Assembly (NCBI GenBank): GCA_964291545.2
Contig: OZ219860.1
Span: 829,276 to 893,275, forward strand
Origin: Dehalococcoidia bacterium
GTDB taxonomy: Bacteria; Chloroflexota; Dehalococcoidia; Lucifugimonadales; UBA3495
Reading direction: 5' to 3'
Length of the DNA stretch: 64,000 bases
In this document: one piece after another, positions 55,601-64,000 of the stretch
Layout: each line of letters begins with the position of its first letter
Numbering within the stretch: the stretch's first letter is position 1
Program-made: the position numbers and the translations under genes
Notes under the pieces: generated by a model
What the model was told of the DNA's origin: nothing
What the model saw: the letters and a program-made list of their open reading frames with translations, nothing else
Databases searched by the model: none

Positions 55601-56081
55601 AGAAGCAGCTTTCCAGGAGAACGGGATGGAAACCGAGGTGCTGGAGGACGTGATAGATGACGCAGCCTCCTCCAATCGGGCTTTCAACTACCTGTTCACC
55701 GGGTTCATGGGACTGGGCCTGCTGGTGGGCATCGCGGCCGTGGGGGTAATCAGCCTGCGGGCCGTGGTGGAGAGGAGGCAGCAAATCGGCGCGCAGCGGG
55801 CCATTGGGTACCGCCGGGCTATGGTGCAGTTGAGCTTCCTGTTCGAGTCTTCCTTCATCGTGCTGTTGGGAGTGGCCATCGGACTGACCCTGGGCACCAT
55901 CATCTCCTACAACATCGTCAGCGAAATCCAACGGGAACTGGAGTCCATCCAATTCTCCATTCCCTGGCTGCAGATAGGAATTATCGTCGCCGTTGCTTAC
56001 CTGTTCTCGTTGTTGACCACCTACCTGCCGGCCCGCCAGGCCTCGAGAATATATCCGGCCGAGGCGCTGCGGTACGAGTAA
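52611..56081 (+). CDS. Very large FtsX/MacB-type ABC transporter permease (1156 aa)
   Basis: Two FtsX-like 4-TM modules (around aa 400-480 and 1040-1150) are separated by extra TM segments and preceded by large extracytoplasmic domains. Its start overlaps the ATPase stop (TAATG). Confidence 0.8.
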   Translation: MEELFGISMNVIMVALLVILIPSLAIVAVMAWRNRVMLKMGLRNIPRRPAQTVLIIVGIMISTLIMAAAFGTGDTISYSIRIEAIKALGTIDEVISLPRASADDNFGSQPYMPYDRFLQLREETAGIEKIDGLGPGIAEFAPVLNPRTSLSEGNMRIVGVFPDSVAEFGGLNLASGGPANIEDLGQDHVYLNDDAAEELDAVGGDEVRIFLSGEELTFRVLGILEPGGLAGPDPTLAMPLERAQEVFGREGQINSIAVSNTGGVFAGAEHSEEVTRQLRVLFADREVAGQLQGLLNTEDALDALERRELDLDGPLQADLAALRDELTKEQPSDGLISLLADEAVSDEVLEALGQGGLTDVQRQAVTLFADLGELQVLDIKRQILEQADEIGSQITTFFIIMGLFSIMVGVLLIFLIFVMLAAARRTEMGMARAVGARRRHLVQMFLFEGSAYALVSGAAGVVLGLVASALIVAIINRIFAASAGFDDFQMTRHFEVRSAVVAYCLGMIITLATVGVSAYRVSRTNIVSAVRGLPDPAAGEAKGWRDIAWGDLLRGLALLVLGGAITFVASELDQRPLRFLFWIGGLMVIVGLVLSLRPILPTVWRAFSQGWLALAVGIVILASSLESNEISIFRIGGSLTIIGLGLSLRSILRSTQMRADLRDRLAYTFMGILMLVFWVAPFNWLTAVFGTLEGGGPELFFISGIAMVAAAVWTVMYNADVLLKLLTFITKPVGLLRPVMVTAVAYPMSSKFRTGLTLAMFALVIFTLIVMSILTRAFSTAAADIDTSTLGWDIGGEVNFNTPIGDIRQAIADHPDLDPADFEAVGGYTWIPIEARQPGAENQLWEWYAVRAADDDFLGAAGGKLKLIADGYGETAQDVWQALKNDPTLAVVDALAVPSRSRFDDDEVPFALEGVYYEDERMDPIELEIREPRSGEVLNLKVIGVLDQLTDSFGQIGLGMFVSKRALDDAISVQIPITAYRFRVAPGVDPQQAARSIEAAFQENGMETEVLEDVIDDAASSNRAFNYLFTGFMGLGLLVGIAAVGVISLRAVVERRQQIGAQRAIGYRRAMVQLSFLFESSFIVLLGVAIGLTLGTIISYNIVSEIQRELESIQFSIPWLQIGIIVAVAYLFSLLTTYLPARQASRIYPAEALRYE

Positions 56082-56186
56082 ATCTGGCCGGGCGCGGCCT
56101 ACCGGAGGCGGCGCGTTCCCTTGTTGGCGGACCGGTTGCGTAATACTGGGAGTCACCTGCCGCGGTGCTAGGAGGCTGAGCGCCCC

Positions 56187-57401
56187 GTGGACTCGAAAGA
56201 CTACGACGTAGTAATTGTCGGGGGCGGCATAGTCGGCCTCTCCACCGCCATGCAACTCAACCGCCGGTTTCCCGGCTGGCGGATTGGACTGGCAGAAAAA
56301 GAATCTGACATTGCCCGCCACCAGACGGGCCACAACAGCGGGGTGATTCACTCCGGCATCTACTACCGTCCCGATTCCCAAAAGGCCAAGTTCTGCGTCG
56401 CGGGGGTCCAGGCCCTGCTGCGCTTTTGCGATGAGAACGAAATCGAGTACGAGCAGTGCGGCAAGGTCATAGTCGCCACCGCCGACGAGGAATTGGGGAG
56501 GCTGAATGACCTCCACCAACGAGGGACAGCCAACGGGGTGCAGGGGCTGGAAATGATCGGGCCTGAGCGGCTAAAGGAGATCGAACCCCATGCCGCCGGC
56601 GTCCAGGCCCTGTGGTCGCCGGCGACGGGCATAGTCGACTACCTGAAAGTCGCCGCAGCCTACGCTGCTAGGTTCCAAGAGAGCGGAGGAACCGTCTACA
56701 CCGGCGCGCCGGTCACCCGGATAACCCGCCATGCCGACGGGGTGGTATTGGAAACGCCCGCCGGCGATCTGAAGGCCAAGCACGTCATCAACTGCGCGGG
56801 ACTGCACGCCGACCGCATCGCCGAGATGATGGGCGAGCGTTTGGACGTTAGGATCATCCCTTTCCGCGGGGAGTATTTCACCCTGGAGCCGGAGCGGCGC
56901 AACCTGGTAAAGGGCCTGATATACCCGGTGCCGGACCCAAGGTTCCCATTCCTGGGAGTCCACTACACCCGGACTATTCAGGGACAGGTGGAGGCGGGGC
57001 CCAACGCGGTGCTGGCCCTGGGCCGTGAAGGCTACCGGAAATCAGACTTCAGCCCGCGGGACTCCTGGGGCACTTTCACCTTCCCCGGCTTTTGGAAAAT
57101 GTCGGCCAGGCACTGGCGGGTCGGCGTCAGCGAAATGAGGCGGTCTTACAGCAAGAAACGATTTGTGCGCGACCTGCAACGCCTTCTGCCGGAGATACAA
57201 GAACAGGACCTGGCCCCTGGCGGGTCCGGAGTTCGCGCTCAGGCGGTGGCGCGGAACGGGGCCATACTCGACGACTTCCACATCCTCCGGGGGCGGGAAG
57301 CCATCCACGTCCTCAACGCACCGTCGCCGGGGGCCACGTCTTCGCTGGCCATCGGCGCCCACATCGTCGAACTGGCGGCCGAGACCTTCGGGGCTGGCTA
57401 G
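56187..57401 (+). CDS. lhgO: FAD-dependent oxidoreductase, L-2-hydroxyglutarate oxidase (LhgO)-like
   Basis: DVVIVGGGIVGLSTA dinucleotide fold, with HQTGHNSGVIHSGIYY and LNAPSPGATSSL typical of LhgO/YgaF. GTG start. Confidence 0.7.
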   Translation: MDSKDYDVVIVGGGIVGLSTAMQLNRRFPGWRIGLAEKESDIARHQTGHNSGVIHSGIYYRPDSQKAKFCVAGVQALLRFCDENEIEYEQCGKVIVATADEELGRLNDLHQRGTANGVQGLEMIGPERLKEIEPHAAGVQALWSPATGIVDYLKVAAAYAARFQESGGTVYTGAPVTRITRHADGVVLETPAGDLKAKHVINCAGLHADRIAEMMGERLDVRIIPFRGEYFTLEPERRNLVKGLIYPVPDPRFPFLGVHYTRTIQGQVEAGPNAVLALGREGYRKSDFSPRDSWGTFTFPGFWKMSARHWRVGVSEMRRSYSKKRFVRDLQRLLPEIQEQDLAPGGSGVRAQAVARNGAILDDFHILRGREAIHVLNAPSPGATSSLAIGAHIVELAAETFGAG

Positions 57402-57533
57402 CCGCCAAGTTGATAGGCCATAGAGCGACGGCTATAATCCAGCGAATCCTAACTGGGTGCTTAGGAACCTCATGACCCGTTTTGCCCAACTCTGGCGCCA
57501 TGCCCTCGTCACCCGAGTGAGGAAGACGTAGCC

Positions 57534-58428
57534 GTGGTAAGACTGGACCGGCAGGAACGCCTCGAACTGGACCTGGGCGCTTGGACGGTGAGCGAAGAGT
57601 TCGTTGCCGCCTACCTGGATGCCGTCGGAACGACCCGTTTTGACGGGTCGCCCGCCTATTTTCAGAACCGCCTGGCGCCGCCCCTGGCATTGGCGGCCAA
57701 GGGACTGGGCTCGTTGCTGGAGAAGCTGGAACTCCCGCCTGGGGCCATCCACAGCGTCCAGGAAATCGAGACAAAGCAGTCTATTCCCTTTGGCTCGCAG
57801 GTAACCCGCCCAGGCCATTGTCGGCCCGGCCAGGCGCCGCGGCGACATGGAATTGCTCGCCGTCAATCTAAGCCTTCAAGATGGCGCTGGGTCCCCTGCT
57901 TTGGAGAGCAAGAGCACCGTATTGGTGCTGGACAGGTCTTCCGACGCAACTGCGCAGGACAGTACAGCCCGCGGGGAGAAGGGCAGCACTATTTCAGAAG
58001 CCACGGCGGGAAACGACGCAGAGGCGCAGGCAACGGCGCTGCCGGTGGTGGCAAGGACCATCAGCCAGGCCCAACTGAACGCCTACGCCGACGTGTCGAG
58101 AGACCGGAACCCACTCCACCTGGACGCAGCCTTCGCGTCCACCACCATGTTCGGCGGCATCATCGCCCATGGAATGTTGACTCTGGCTTTCATATCGGAG
58201 ATGATGGCCCTTGAATTTGGCAGGGCATGGCTTGAAACCGGTGGGTTGAAAGTCCGGTTCAAGGGCGCGGCTCGCCCCGGCGACAGGGTGGAAACCGGAG
58301 GCAGAATCACCAAGGAAGAGCCTGTGCCCTCAGGGCTGCGGTTGACCTGCAGCGTTTCGGCCCACGGGCCGGAGCAGGGACAAGAGTTGATTACCGGCTC
58401 CGCTAAGGTGGAGCTTGAGAATACATAG
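57534..58428 (+). pseudogene. Double hot-dog MaoC-like (R)-hydratase/dehydratase interrupted by a +1 frameshift near 57802-57808
   Basis: Frame A (57534-57806) gives a hot-dog N-terminal segment ending ...IHSVQEIETKQSIPFGSQVT. Frame B is open after the TAA at 57802 and continues PAQAIVGPARRRGDMELLAVNLSLQDGAGSPALESKSTVLVLDR, then a linker, then a canonical MaoC domain (RDRNPLHLD...GGIIAHGML). Beyond 57806, frame A is Arg-rich junk. Confidence 0.6.
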
Positions 58429-58528
58429 TCCACCGGCCATATGCAGCCGGCGATGCTACTTTACATAACCCCGTTTCGGGCCTTCGGCATACCGTTGGTC
58501 ACGCGCGGCTTGTGAGGACGCCTTATAC

Positions 58529-59587
58529 ATGCCCGATGTTGCAGGACAGAAGAACTCCCCGGTGCGCGTCGCCCTGGACGCCATGGGCGGCGACTACGGC
58601 CCCGAGGAGACGGTCAAGGGCGCAGTCGAGGCGCTGCGGCGCGACGACGTGGAGATCCTGCTTGTTGGAGACCCTGACCACGTCCAGGCCCAACTGGACC
58701 GGTACGACGCGGTACAGGGGTCCATATCGGTAGTCCCGTCGCAGGGAGTGATCAGCGACGACGAGCACCCCTTGCAGGCCATCAGGCACAAGCCGGAAGC
58801 CTCGGTGCTGGTGGCCACCGGATTAGTGAAAAAGGGCCGCGCCGACGTGATGGTGTCCATGGGATCGACGGGAGCCTCGATGGCCAGTTCAGTGCTGGTG
58901 CTGGGGTTGATGGACGGGCTGGACCGCCCCTGCCTGGGAGGCCCGTTCCTGGGCCTGGCGCCCCGCACCGTACTGGTGGACATGGGCAGCAACGTCGATT
59001 GCCGGCCCGTCATGCTCCTGAATTTCGCCGCCCTGGGCGTTGCCTTCGCCCGCAAGTTCCTGGACATCCAAGACCCGCGGGTTGGCCTGCTCAGCGTGGG
59101 CGCCGAAACCGCCAAGGGCAACCGCCAGGTGCAGGAAAGCCACCAGCTATTCAACGACAGCGGCCTCAACTTCGTGGGCAACGTCGAGGGAATGGACTTC
59201 TTCACCGAGAAGGCCGACGTTGTCGTATGCGACGGCTTCGTGGGCAACATCCTTATGAAGTTTACCGAGGGCCTGGGCAGCGCGCTGTTTCCCTTCCTGG
59301 AACAGCGGCTTGGGTCCTATCTGGAGCCGCAGGCGATAAAGGCCATTGCTTCAGACCTCTGGCAAGTGACCAACCTGCCCAGGACCATGGGCGGGCCACT
59401 CTTCGGCGTCAACGGCCCGGTGGTCCTGGGTCACGGCTCATCCAGCGCAGACGGCGTCGCCGGGGCCATCCATACCGGCGTCAGGTACGTCAGGCTGGGC
59501 TTGCTGGACAGCATGCGACAGGAGCTGCTCGAGGTCGGCAAGCGGCTCCCGGAAGACCCGCAACAGGACAGAAAGGCTGACGGTTGA
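58529..59587 (+). CDS. plsX: Phosphate acyltransferase PlsX
   Basis: 352 aa. Motifs VALDAMGGDYGP, ADVMVSMGSTGA, ADVVVCDGFVGNILMK and VVLGHGSS. Confidence 0.93.
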   Translation: MPDVAGQKNSPVRVALDAMGGDYGPEETVKGAVEALRRDDVEILLVGDPDHVQAQLDRYDAVQGSISVVPSQGVISDDEHPLQAIRHKPEASVLVATGLVKKGRADVMVSMGSTGASMASSVLVLGLMDGLDRPCLGGPFLGLAPRTVLVDMGSNVDCRPVMLLNFAALGVAFARKFLDIQDPRVGLLSVGAETAKGNRQVQESHQLFNDSGLNFVGNVEGMDFFTEKADVVVCDGFVGNILMKFTEGLGSALFPFLEQRLGSYLEPQAIKAIASDLWQVTNLPRTMGGPLFGVNGPVVLGHGSSSADGVAGAIHTGVRYVRLGLLDSMRQELLEVGKRLPEDPQQDRKADG

Positions 59588-60348
59588 AACCTATGGGCAA
59601 CGCAGGCGAGTTGACAGGGAAGGTAGCGCTGGTCACGGGAGCATCCCGGGGCATCGGCGCGGCCATCGCCTCCCGCCTGGCTAACGCCGGCGCCAAGGTA
59701 GCCGTCAACTACCATTTCAGCCGCGACGCCGCCGCCTCGGTGGTGGATGACATAAGGTCCGAAGGCGGCGAGGCCCTGCTGCTGGAGGGAGACGTTTCCC
59801 AGGACGGCTTCGCCGAGTCCGCAGTGAAGCACGTGTTGGAACAGTGGCAGCGCATCGACATCCTGGTAAACAACGCCGGAATCAACCGCGACCGCCTGCT
59901 GCTGCGCATGACTCCCGACGAGTGGGACCAGGTGCTGCAGGTCAACCTGCGGGGAGCGTTCCTGTGCACCAAGTACGTTCTGCCCCACCTGATAAGGCAG
60001 CACAGCGGGCGCGTGGTCAACATTTCATCCGTGGTGGGCATAAGCGGCAATCCGGGCCAGGCCAACTACGCCGCGGCCAAAGCCGGGCTCATCGGCTTCA
60101 CCAAGGCCGTAGCGCGGGAGGTGGCGTCCAGGAAAGTCACCATCAATGCCCTGGCGCCCGGATTCATCACCACCGGGATGGCTGAAGAACTGCCCGAGGA
60201 TACCCGCAAGCAAATAATGGGGCGGATACCCATGGGCCAGTTCGGCACGCCGGAGGACGTGGCCGAAGCCGCGTTGTTCCTCTGCACCGACGGCGCAGCA
60301 TACATCACAGGGCAAGTGCTGGCCATCGACGGCGGCCTTATCGCCTGA
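59584..60348 (+). CDS. fabG: 3-oxoacyl-ACP reductase-type SDR
   Basis: Motifs GKVALVTGASRGIG, NNAG and YAAAKAG. It is adjacent to plsX. The start is either the TTG at 59584 (overlapping the plsX stop) or the ATG at 59593. Confidence 0.8.
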   Translation: MKPMGNAGELTGKVALVTGASRGIGAAIASRLANAGAKVAVNYHFSRDAAASVVDDIRSEGGEALLLEGDVSQDGFAESAVKHVLEQWQRIDILVNNAGINRDRLLLRMTPDEWDQVLQVNLRGAFLCTKYVLPHLIRQHSGRVVNISSVVGISGNPGQANYAAAKAGLIGFTKAVAREVASRKVTINALAPGFITTGMAEELPEDTRKQIMGRIPMGQFGTPEDVAEAALFLCTDGAAYITGQVLAIDGGLIA

Positions 60349-60434
60349 GGCGACTCCATTCCATCTGCTGACTAATTTGCCCAGCCGGCCGGCGACCGCG
60401 CGACCCCGCAATCCGGCAATGATCAGGAGGCTCT

Positions 60435-61397
60435 ATGCCCCTCGACAGGGCCACCGTTAAATTTCTGGCACAACTGCCTGAATCCGGCGGAAAGCCTCTG
60501 AACGAATGCACCCCGCAAGAGGTCCGGGCTTTAGGGCCCATCTGGGCCGAATTCAACGGGCCGGCTCCGGAAATGACGCGGGTCGAAGAGCACACAATCC
60601 CAACGCCTGATGGCCAAGTCCCCATCCGGGTCCTGGTCCCGAACCCGCATCCCCTGGGGGTGCTGGTCTACTACCACGGCGGCGGATGGGTCGCCGGTTC
60701 CATCGACGAGTCCGACACCATGGCCAGGAAAATTGCGGAGCGAACGTCTTGCGCTCTGGTCCTGGTCGAGTACCGGCTGGCGCCGGAGCATCCCTATCCC
60801 GCGGCGGTGGACGACTCTTACGCCGCCTTGGAATGGGTCGGCAGCCACCGGGGCGATATTGCCTGGCATGACGCCCCGCTGATGGTCGCCGGCGATAGCG
60901 CCGGGGGAAACCTGGCCGCGGTGATGGCCCTGCGAGCCCGCGACCGCGGCGGGCCCGACATAGCCTTGCAGGTGCTCATATACCCGGTCACCGACGCCGA
61001 TTTCAGCCGCCCTTCCTACGACGATTCTGGCGCAGGCCCCTACAGCGACCAGTTGCTTTCCCGTGAAGCCATGGTCTGGTACTGGGACCACTACCTGCCG
61101 GACCCTTCCCGCCGTACCGAGCCGGACGCATCACCTTTGCGGGCAAGCGATTTTTCGGGCCTCCCTCCGGCTGTTATACTGACCGCAGAGCACGACGTGT
61201 TGCGAGACGAGGGCGAGGCCTACGCCGAGGCCCTGCAGGCCGCCGGCGTGCCGGTGGACTTCAAGAGATACCCCGGCCAGATGCACGGGTTCTTTACCAC
61301 GCTGGCGCTGCCCGGCAGCGAGTTGGGCTTCCAACAGGTCGTGGTTGCGGTGAGGGCATGTATTGCCAGGGAGCGCAAGGCTCGCCGGTTTCGATAG
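60435..61397 (+). CDS. Alpha/beta hydrolase, hormone-sensitive-lipase-type esterase
   Basis: HGGGW oxyanion motif (YYHGGGWVAGS), GDSAGGNLA nucleophile elbow, and a late DVLRDE...H triad region. AGGAGG RBS. Confidence 0.85.
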   Translation: MPLDRATVKFLAQLPESGGKPLNECTPQEVRALGPIWAEFNGPAPEMTRVEEHTIPTPDGQVPIRVLVPNPHPLGVLVYYHGGGWVAGSIDESDTMARKIAERTSCALVLVEYRLAPEHPYPAAVDDSYAALEWVGSHRGDIAWHDAPLMVAGDSAGGNLAAVMALRARDRGGPDIALQVLIYPVTDADFSRPSYDDSGAGPYSDQLLSREAMVWYWDHYLPDPSRRTEPDASPLRASDFSGLPPAVILTAEHDVLRDEGEAYAEALQAAGVPVDFKRYPGQMHGFFTTLALPGSELGFQQVVVAVRACIARERKARRFR

Positions 61398-61467
61398 CAA
61401 GCATCCCGCCAATGGCCGCCGGCCGTTGGCCCAAAGTTCCCGGACGACAACCAGCTAGGGAGGCCAT

Positions 61468-63114
61468 ATGGCTATCTCGGGCGACTCCCCGGACTTCGAT
61501 GCAGTCATAATAGGGGCCGGCTTTTCGGGCCTGGGGATGCTCCACCGGCTGCGCAACGAACTGGGCATGTCGGTCCAGGTGTACGAGTCCGCCGGCGGCG
61601 TGGGCGGCACCTGGTACTGGAACCGGTACCCGGGGGCCCGCTGCGACTCCCTGAGCTACCTCTACTGCTACTCGTTCTCCAAAGAGTTGCTCCAGGAATG
61701 GAATTGGACCGGCAAGTACCCGGAACAGCCGGAGATTCTGAACTACTTCGAGCACGTCGCCGACCGCTTTGACCTGCGCCGCGACATCAAGCTGAACACC
61801 CGGGTCACCTCCGCAAAGTTCCTCGAAGCCGATAATCTATGGCGAATCCAGACGGACCAGGGCGACCAAGTAACGGCCCGGCACTTGATTACCGCCGTCG
61901 GGTGTCTCTCCACGGCCAACGTCCCTGAATTCAAGGGGTCGGACTCATTTGCAGGCGAGTCGTACCACACCGGCGGCTGGCCCCACGAGGGCGTGGACTT
62001 TGCCGGGAAGCGAGTGGCGGTCATCGGCACCGGGTCCAGCGGCGTGCAGGCTATACCGGTGATTGCCCAGCAGGCTGGGAGCGTAATGGTATTCCAGCGC
62101 ACTGCCCAGTACACCGTACCCGCCCGCCACCACACCGTCGACCCCAAGTTCATTAACGAGGTGGTGAAGCCCAACTACGATAAGATCCTGGAAGACGCCA
62201 GGTGGTCCCTGGGCGGCACTCCCATTGAAGAGCCCGAGCGCTCCGCGCTGGACGTAACCGCCGGAGAGCGGCGGGAAATCTATGAAGCCGGCTGGGCCGA
62301 AGGCGGCGGCTACTTCATATTCTCCTTCAACGATACCTATCACGACCGGAGAGCCAACGACACCGTCAGCGAGTTCATCCGGTCCAAGATCCGGGAGACG
62401 GTCAAAGACCCCGAGACCGCGGAAAAGCTTCTGCCGGTGGACCATCCATTTGGTTCCAAGCGCGCCCTTATAGATACCGACTACTTCGAGACCTACAACC
62501 GCGACAACGTGAAACTGGTCGACATCCGCCACTCCCCAATTCAAGAGATCACCCCCAAGGGCATACGGACCGAGGACGAAGAGTACCAATTCGACGTCAT
62601 TGTCTTCGCCACCGGCTTCGACGCCATGACGGGCAGCTACTTCAAGATCGACATCCGCGGCAAAAACGGCCTGCCCCTGAAAGACAAGTGGGCCGAGGGG
62701 CCCAAGACATATCTCGGCGTGCAGACCGCCGGATTCCCCAACATGTTCATGATTACCGGGCCTGGCAGCCCCTCCGTTCTCAGCAACATGTCCATGTCCA
62801 TCGAGCAGCACATCGAGTGGATTTCCAACCTGCTGGACTACATGCGGGAACACGAAATCGAGACCGCCGAGCCGGACGCCGATGCGGAGACCGCCTGGGG
62901 AGAGCACCTAAACGAACTCGCAGAGCAGACCCTTTACCCGCTGGCCAACTCCTGGTACCTGGGCGCCAACATCCCCGGCAAGCCCCGGGTGTTCACGCCC
63001 TACGCCGGCGGCGTGGGGACCTACCGGAAAAAGTGCAACGAGGTGGCCGACGCGGGCTACGAGGGCTTCATCTTCGGCCCAGAGAAGGAACCAGCCGCAA
63101 AGCCAGGGGCATAA
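61468..63114 (+). CDS. Baeyer-Villiger (cyclohexanone-type) flavin monooxygenase
   Basis: GAGFSGLG FAD motif, the BVMO fingerprint FAGESYHTGGWP (FxGxxxHxxxWP), and the second Rossmann motif GTGSSGVQ. 548 aa. Confidence 0.9.
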   Translation: MAISGDSPDFDAVIIGAGFSGLGMLHRLRNELGMSVQVYESAGGVGGTWYWNRYPGARCDSLSYLYCYSFSKELLQEWNWTGKYPEQPEILNYFEHVADRFDLRRDIKLNTRVTSAKFLEADNLWRIQTDQGDQVTARHLITAVGCLSTANVPEFKGSDSFAGESYHTGGWPHEGVDFAGKRVAVIGTGSSGVQAIPVIAQQAGSVMVFQRTAQYTVPARHHTVDPKFINEVVKPNYDKILEDARWSLGGTPIEEPERSALDVTAGERREIYEAGWAEGGGYFIFSFNDTYHDRRANDTVSEFIRSKIRETVKDPETAEKLLPVDHPFGSKRALIDTDYFETYNRDNVKLVDIRHSPIQEITPKGIRTEDEEYQFDVIVFATGFDAMTGSYFKIDIRGKNGLPLKDKWAEGPKTYLGVQTAGFPNMFMITGPGSPSVLSNMSMSIEQHIEWISNLLDYMREHEIETAEPDADAETAWGEHLNELAEQTLYPLANSWYLGANIPGKPRVFTPYAGGVGTYRKKCNEVADAGYEGFIFGPEKEPAAKPGA

Positions 63115-63138
63115 CCCGGCCCATAGGAGTGGTGAAAG

Positions 63139-63660
63139 ATGCCCAACGTGGTGTTGGTGGTGGACATGGTGCGGGGCTTCCTGGAGCCGGGCCACAACCT
63201 GTACTGCGGCGACGACGCCCGGACGATAATCCCCAAAGTCCGTGAGTTAGTCGAGCGGGAGACTCAAGCAGGGTCTCAAGTGCTCTTCGTCTCCGACCAC
63301 CACGACCCCGACGACCTGGAGTTCCAGATTTTCCCGGTGCACTGCGTCAAGGGCACGCCGGAAACCGAGGTAATCCCGGAGCTTGCCGGGTTCGTCGACG
63401 GTTCCAACGTCATCCCCAAGAACCGCTACAGCGGCTTCTTCAACACCGACCTGGCCCAACGGCTGGAGCAGCTAGAACCGGACAAGCTGGTGGTGTGCGG
63501 CGTGTGCACCGACATCTGCGTCATGCACACCACCTCCGACGCCCGCAACCGGGACTACCAGGTGGAAGTGCCCTCCGACTGCGTTGCATCCTTCGACCCC
63601 GACGCCCACCAGTGGGCCTTGCGGCATTTGCAGAGGATTCTGGGGGCTAAGGTAGTCTAG
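63139..63660 (+). CDS. Isochorismatase-family cysteine hydrolase (nicotinamidase-like)
   Basis: VVVDMVRGF..., the K in IPKNRYSGFF, and the catalytic Cys context LVVCGVCTDICV. 173 aa. Confidence 0.8.
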   Translation: MPNVVLVVDMVRGFLEPGHNLYCGDDARTIIPKVRELVERETQAGSQVLFVSDHHDPDDLEFQIFPVHCVKGTPETEVIPELAGFVDGSNVIPKNRYSGFFNTDLAQRLEQLEPDKLVVCGVCTDICVMHTTSDARNRDYQVEVPSDCVASFDPDAHQWALRHLQRILGAKVV

Positions 63661-63680
63661 GAAACCCTTGGTCTAACCCC

Positions 63681-64000
63681 CTAGCCCAGGGCCCCGCCGA
63701 CCACTGCCTCGGCAATCTCCTCGTCCGACATCCCCAGCAACTCTCTCAGGACATACTCGTTGTGCTGTCCCATCTTCGGAGCGGCAAAGCGAGGGCCGCT
63801 TTCGTAGCCGCGGATGCGGTATTGCGGGCCGCTGTACGGAATGCTGCCCATCTCGGCGTGGTCCAAGTTGCGGAAGAACCCCCGGTGGGCCAGTTGTGGG
63901 TCCTGGAGCAGATCGCTGCTCCGCTGCACCACCCCCGCCGGGACCCCCTCCGATAGAAGCAGGCCCATGACTTCCCGTTCGTCTTTTACGCTGGTCCAGG
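63681..64000 (-). CDS. C-terminal part of a family III CoA-transferase (CaiB/BaiF); the gene continues beyond the window
   Basis: The tail PQLAHRGFF..., FAAPKMGQHNEYVLRELLGMSDEEIAEA is typical of CaiB-family C-termini. The frame is open to the window edge. Confidence 0.7.
   Translation of the reverse strand, partial: WTSVKDEREVMGLLLSEGVPAGVVQRSSDLLQDPQLAHRGFFRNLDHAEMGSIPYSGPQYRIRGYESGPRFAAPKMGQHNEYVLRELLGMSDEEIAEAVVGGALG

Overview
High-GC (about 60-65% by eye) bacterial chromosomal window, densely coding on both strands. I support about 50 protein genes, one tRNA-Val, one TPP riboswitch, one intact IS481-family element, several small regulatory or terminator structures, and an unusually heavy load of short hairpin (REP/MITE-like) repeats. 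The enzyme content is LLM/F420-type and DDN-type oxidoreductases, SDRs, a Baeyer-Villiger monooxygenase plus esterase, family III CoA-transferases, crotonases and an acyl-CoA ligase. This resembles marine Chloroflexota (SAR202-like) genomes, but that is inference only. Housekeeping anchors are metH, leuCD, groES-groEL, glnII, pepN, sppA, plsX-fabG and thiG-thiE-thiS behind a TPP riboswitch. Zinc homeostasis appears twice: a zur-znuACB importer cluster (4.1-7.8 kb) and a CDF exporter next to a small His/Cys-repeat protein (47.9-49.7 kb). All three of ZnuA, the CDF and the small protein carry very long His-rich low-complexity segments. Best leads: (1) a class I CoA-transferase-like cluster arranged alpha / beta-alpha fusion / beta, in which both beta modules lack the catalytic glutamate, as in IpdAB-type ring-opening hydrolases; (2) the 79-aa protein built from four HECD(T/D)HEHH modules, convergent with a CDF that has a ~130-aa His-rich N-terminus; (3) a decayed second copy of the CoA-transferase beta 3' end exactly 1440 bp downstream, bracketing a low-GC segment; (4) the repeat biology: four hairpin families, two tandem arrays of half-hairpins, a GIY-YIG nuclease gene remnant bounded by one family, and an IS481 inserted into another with an intact 5-bp duplication; (5) a duplicated module of three phased 10-bp iterons plus a -10 box in front of two genes. 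No CRISPR array, integrase, reverse transcriptase or recognisable multi-gene defence system was seen. All calls rest on reading the sequence and remembered family motifs; no searches were run.
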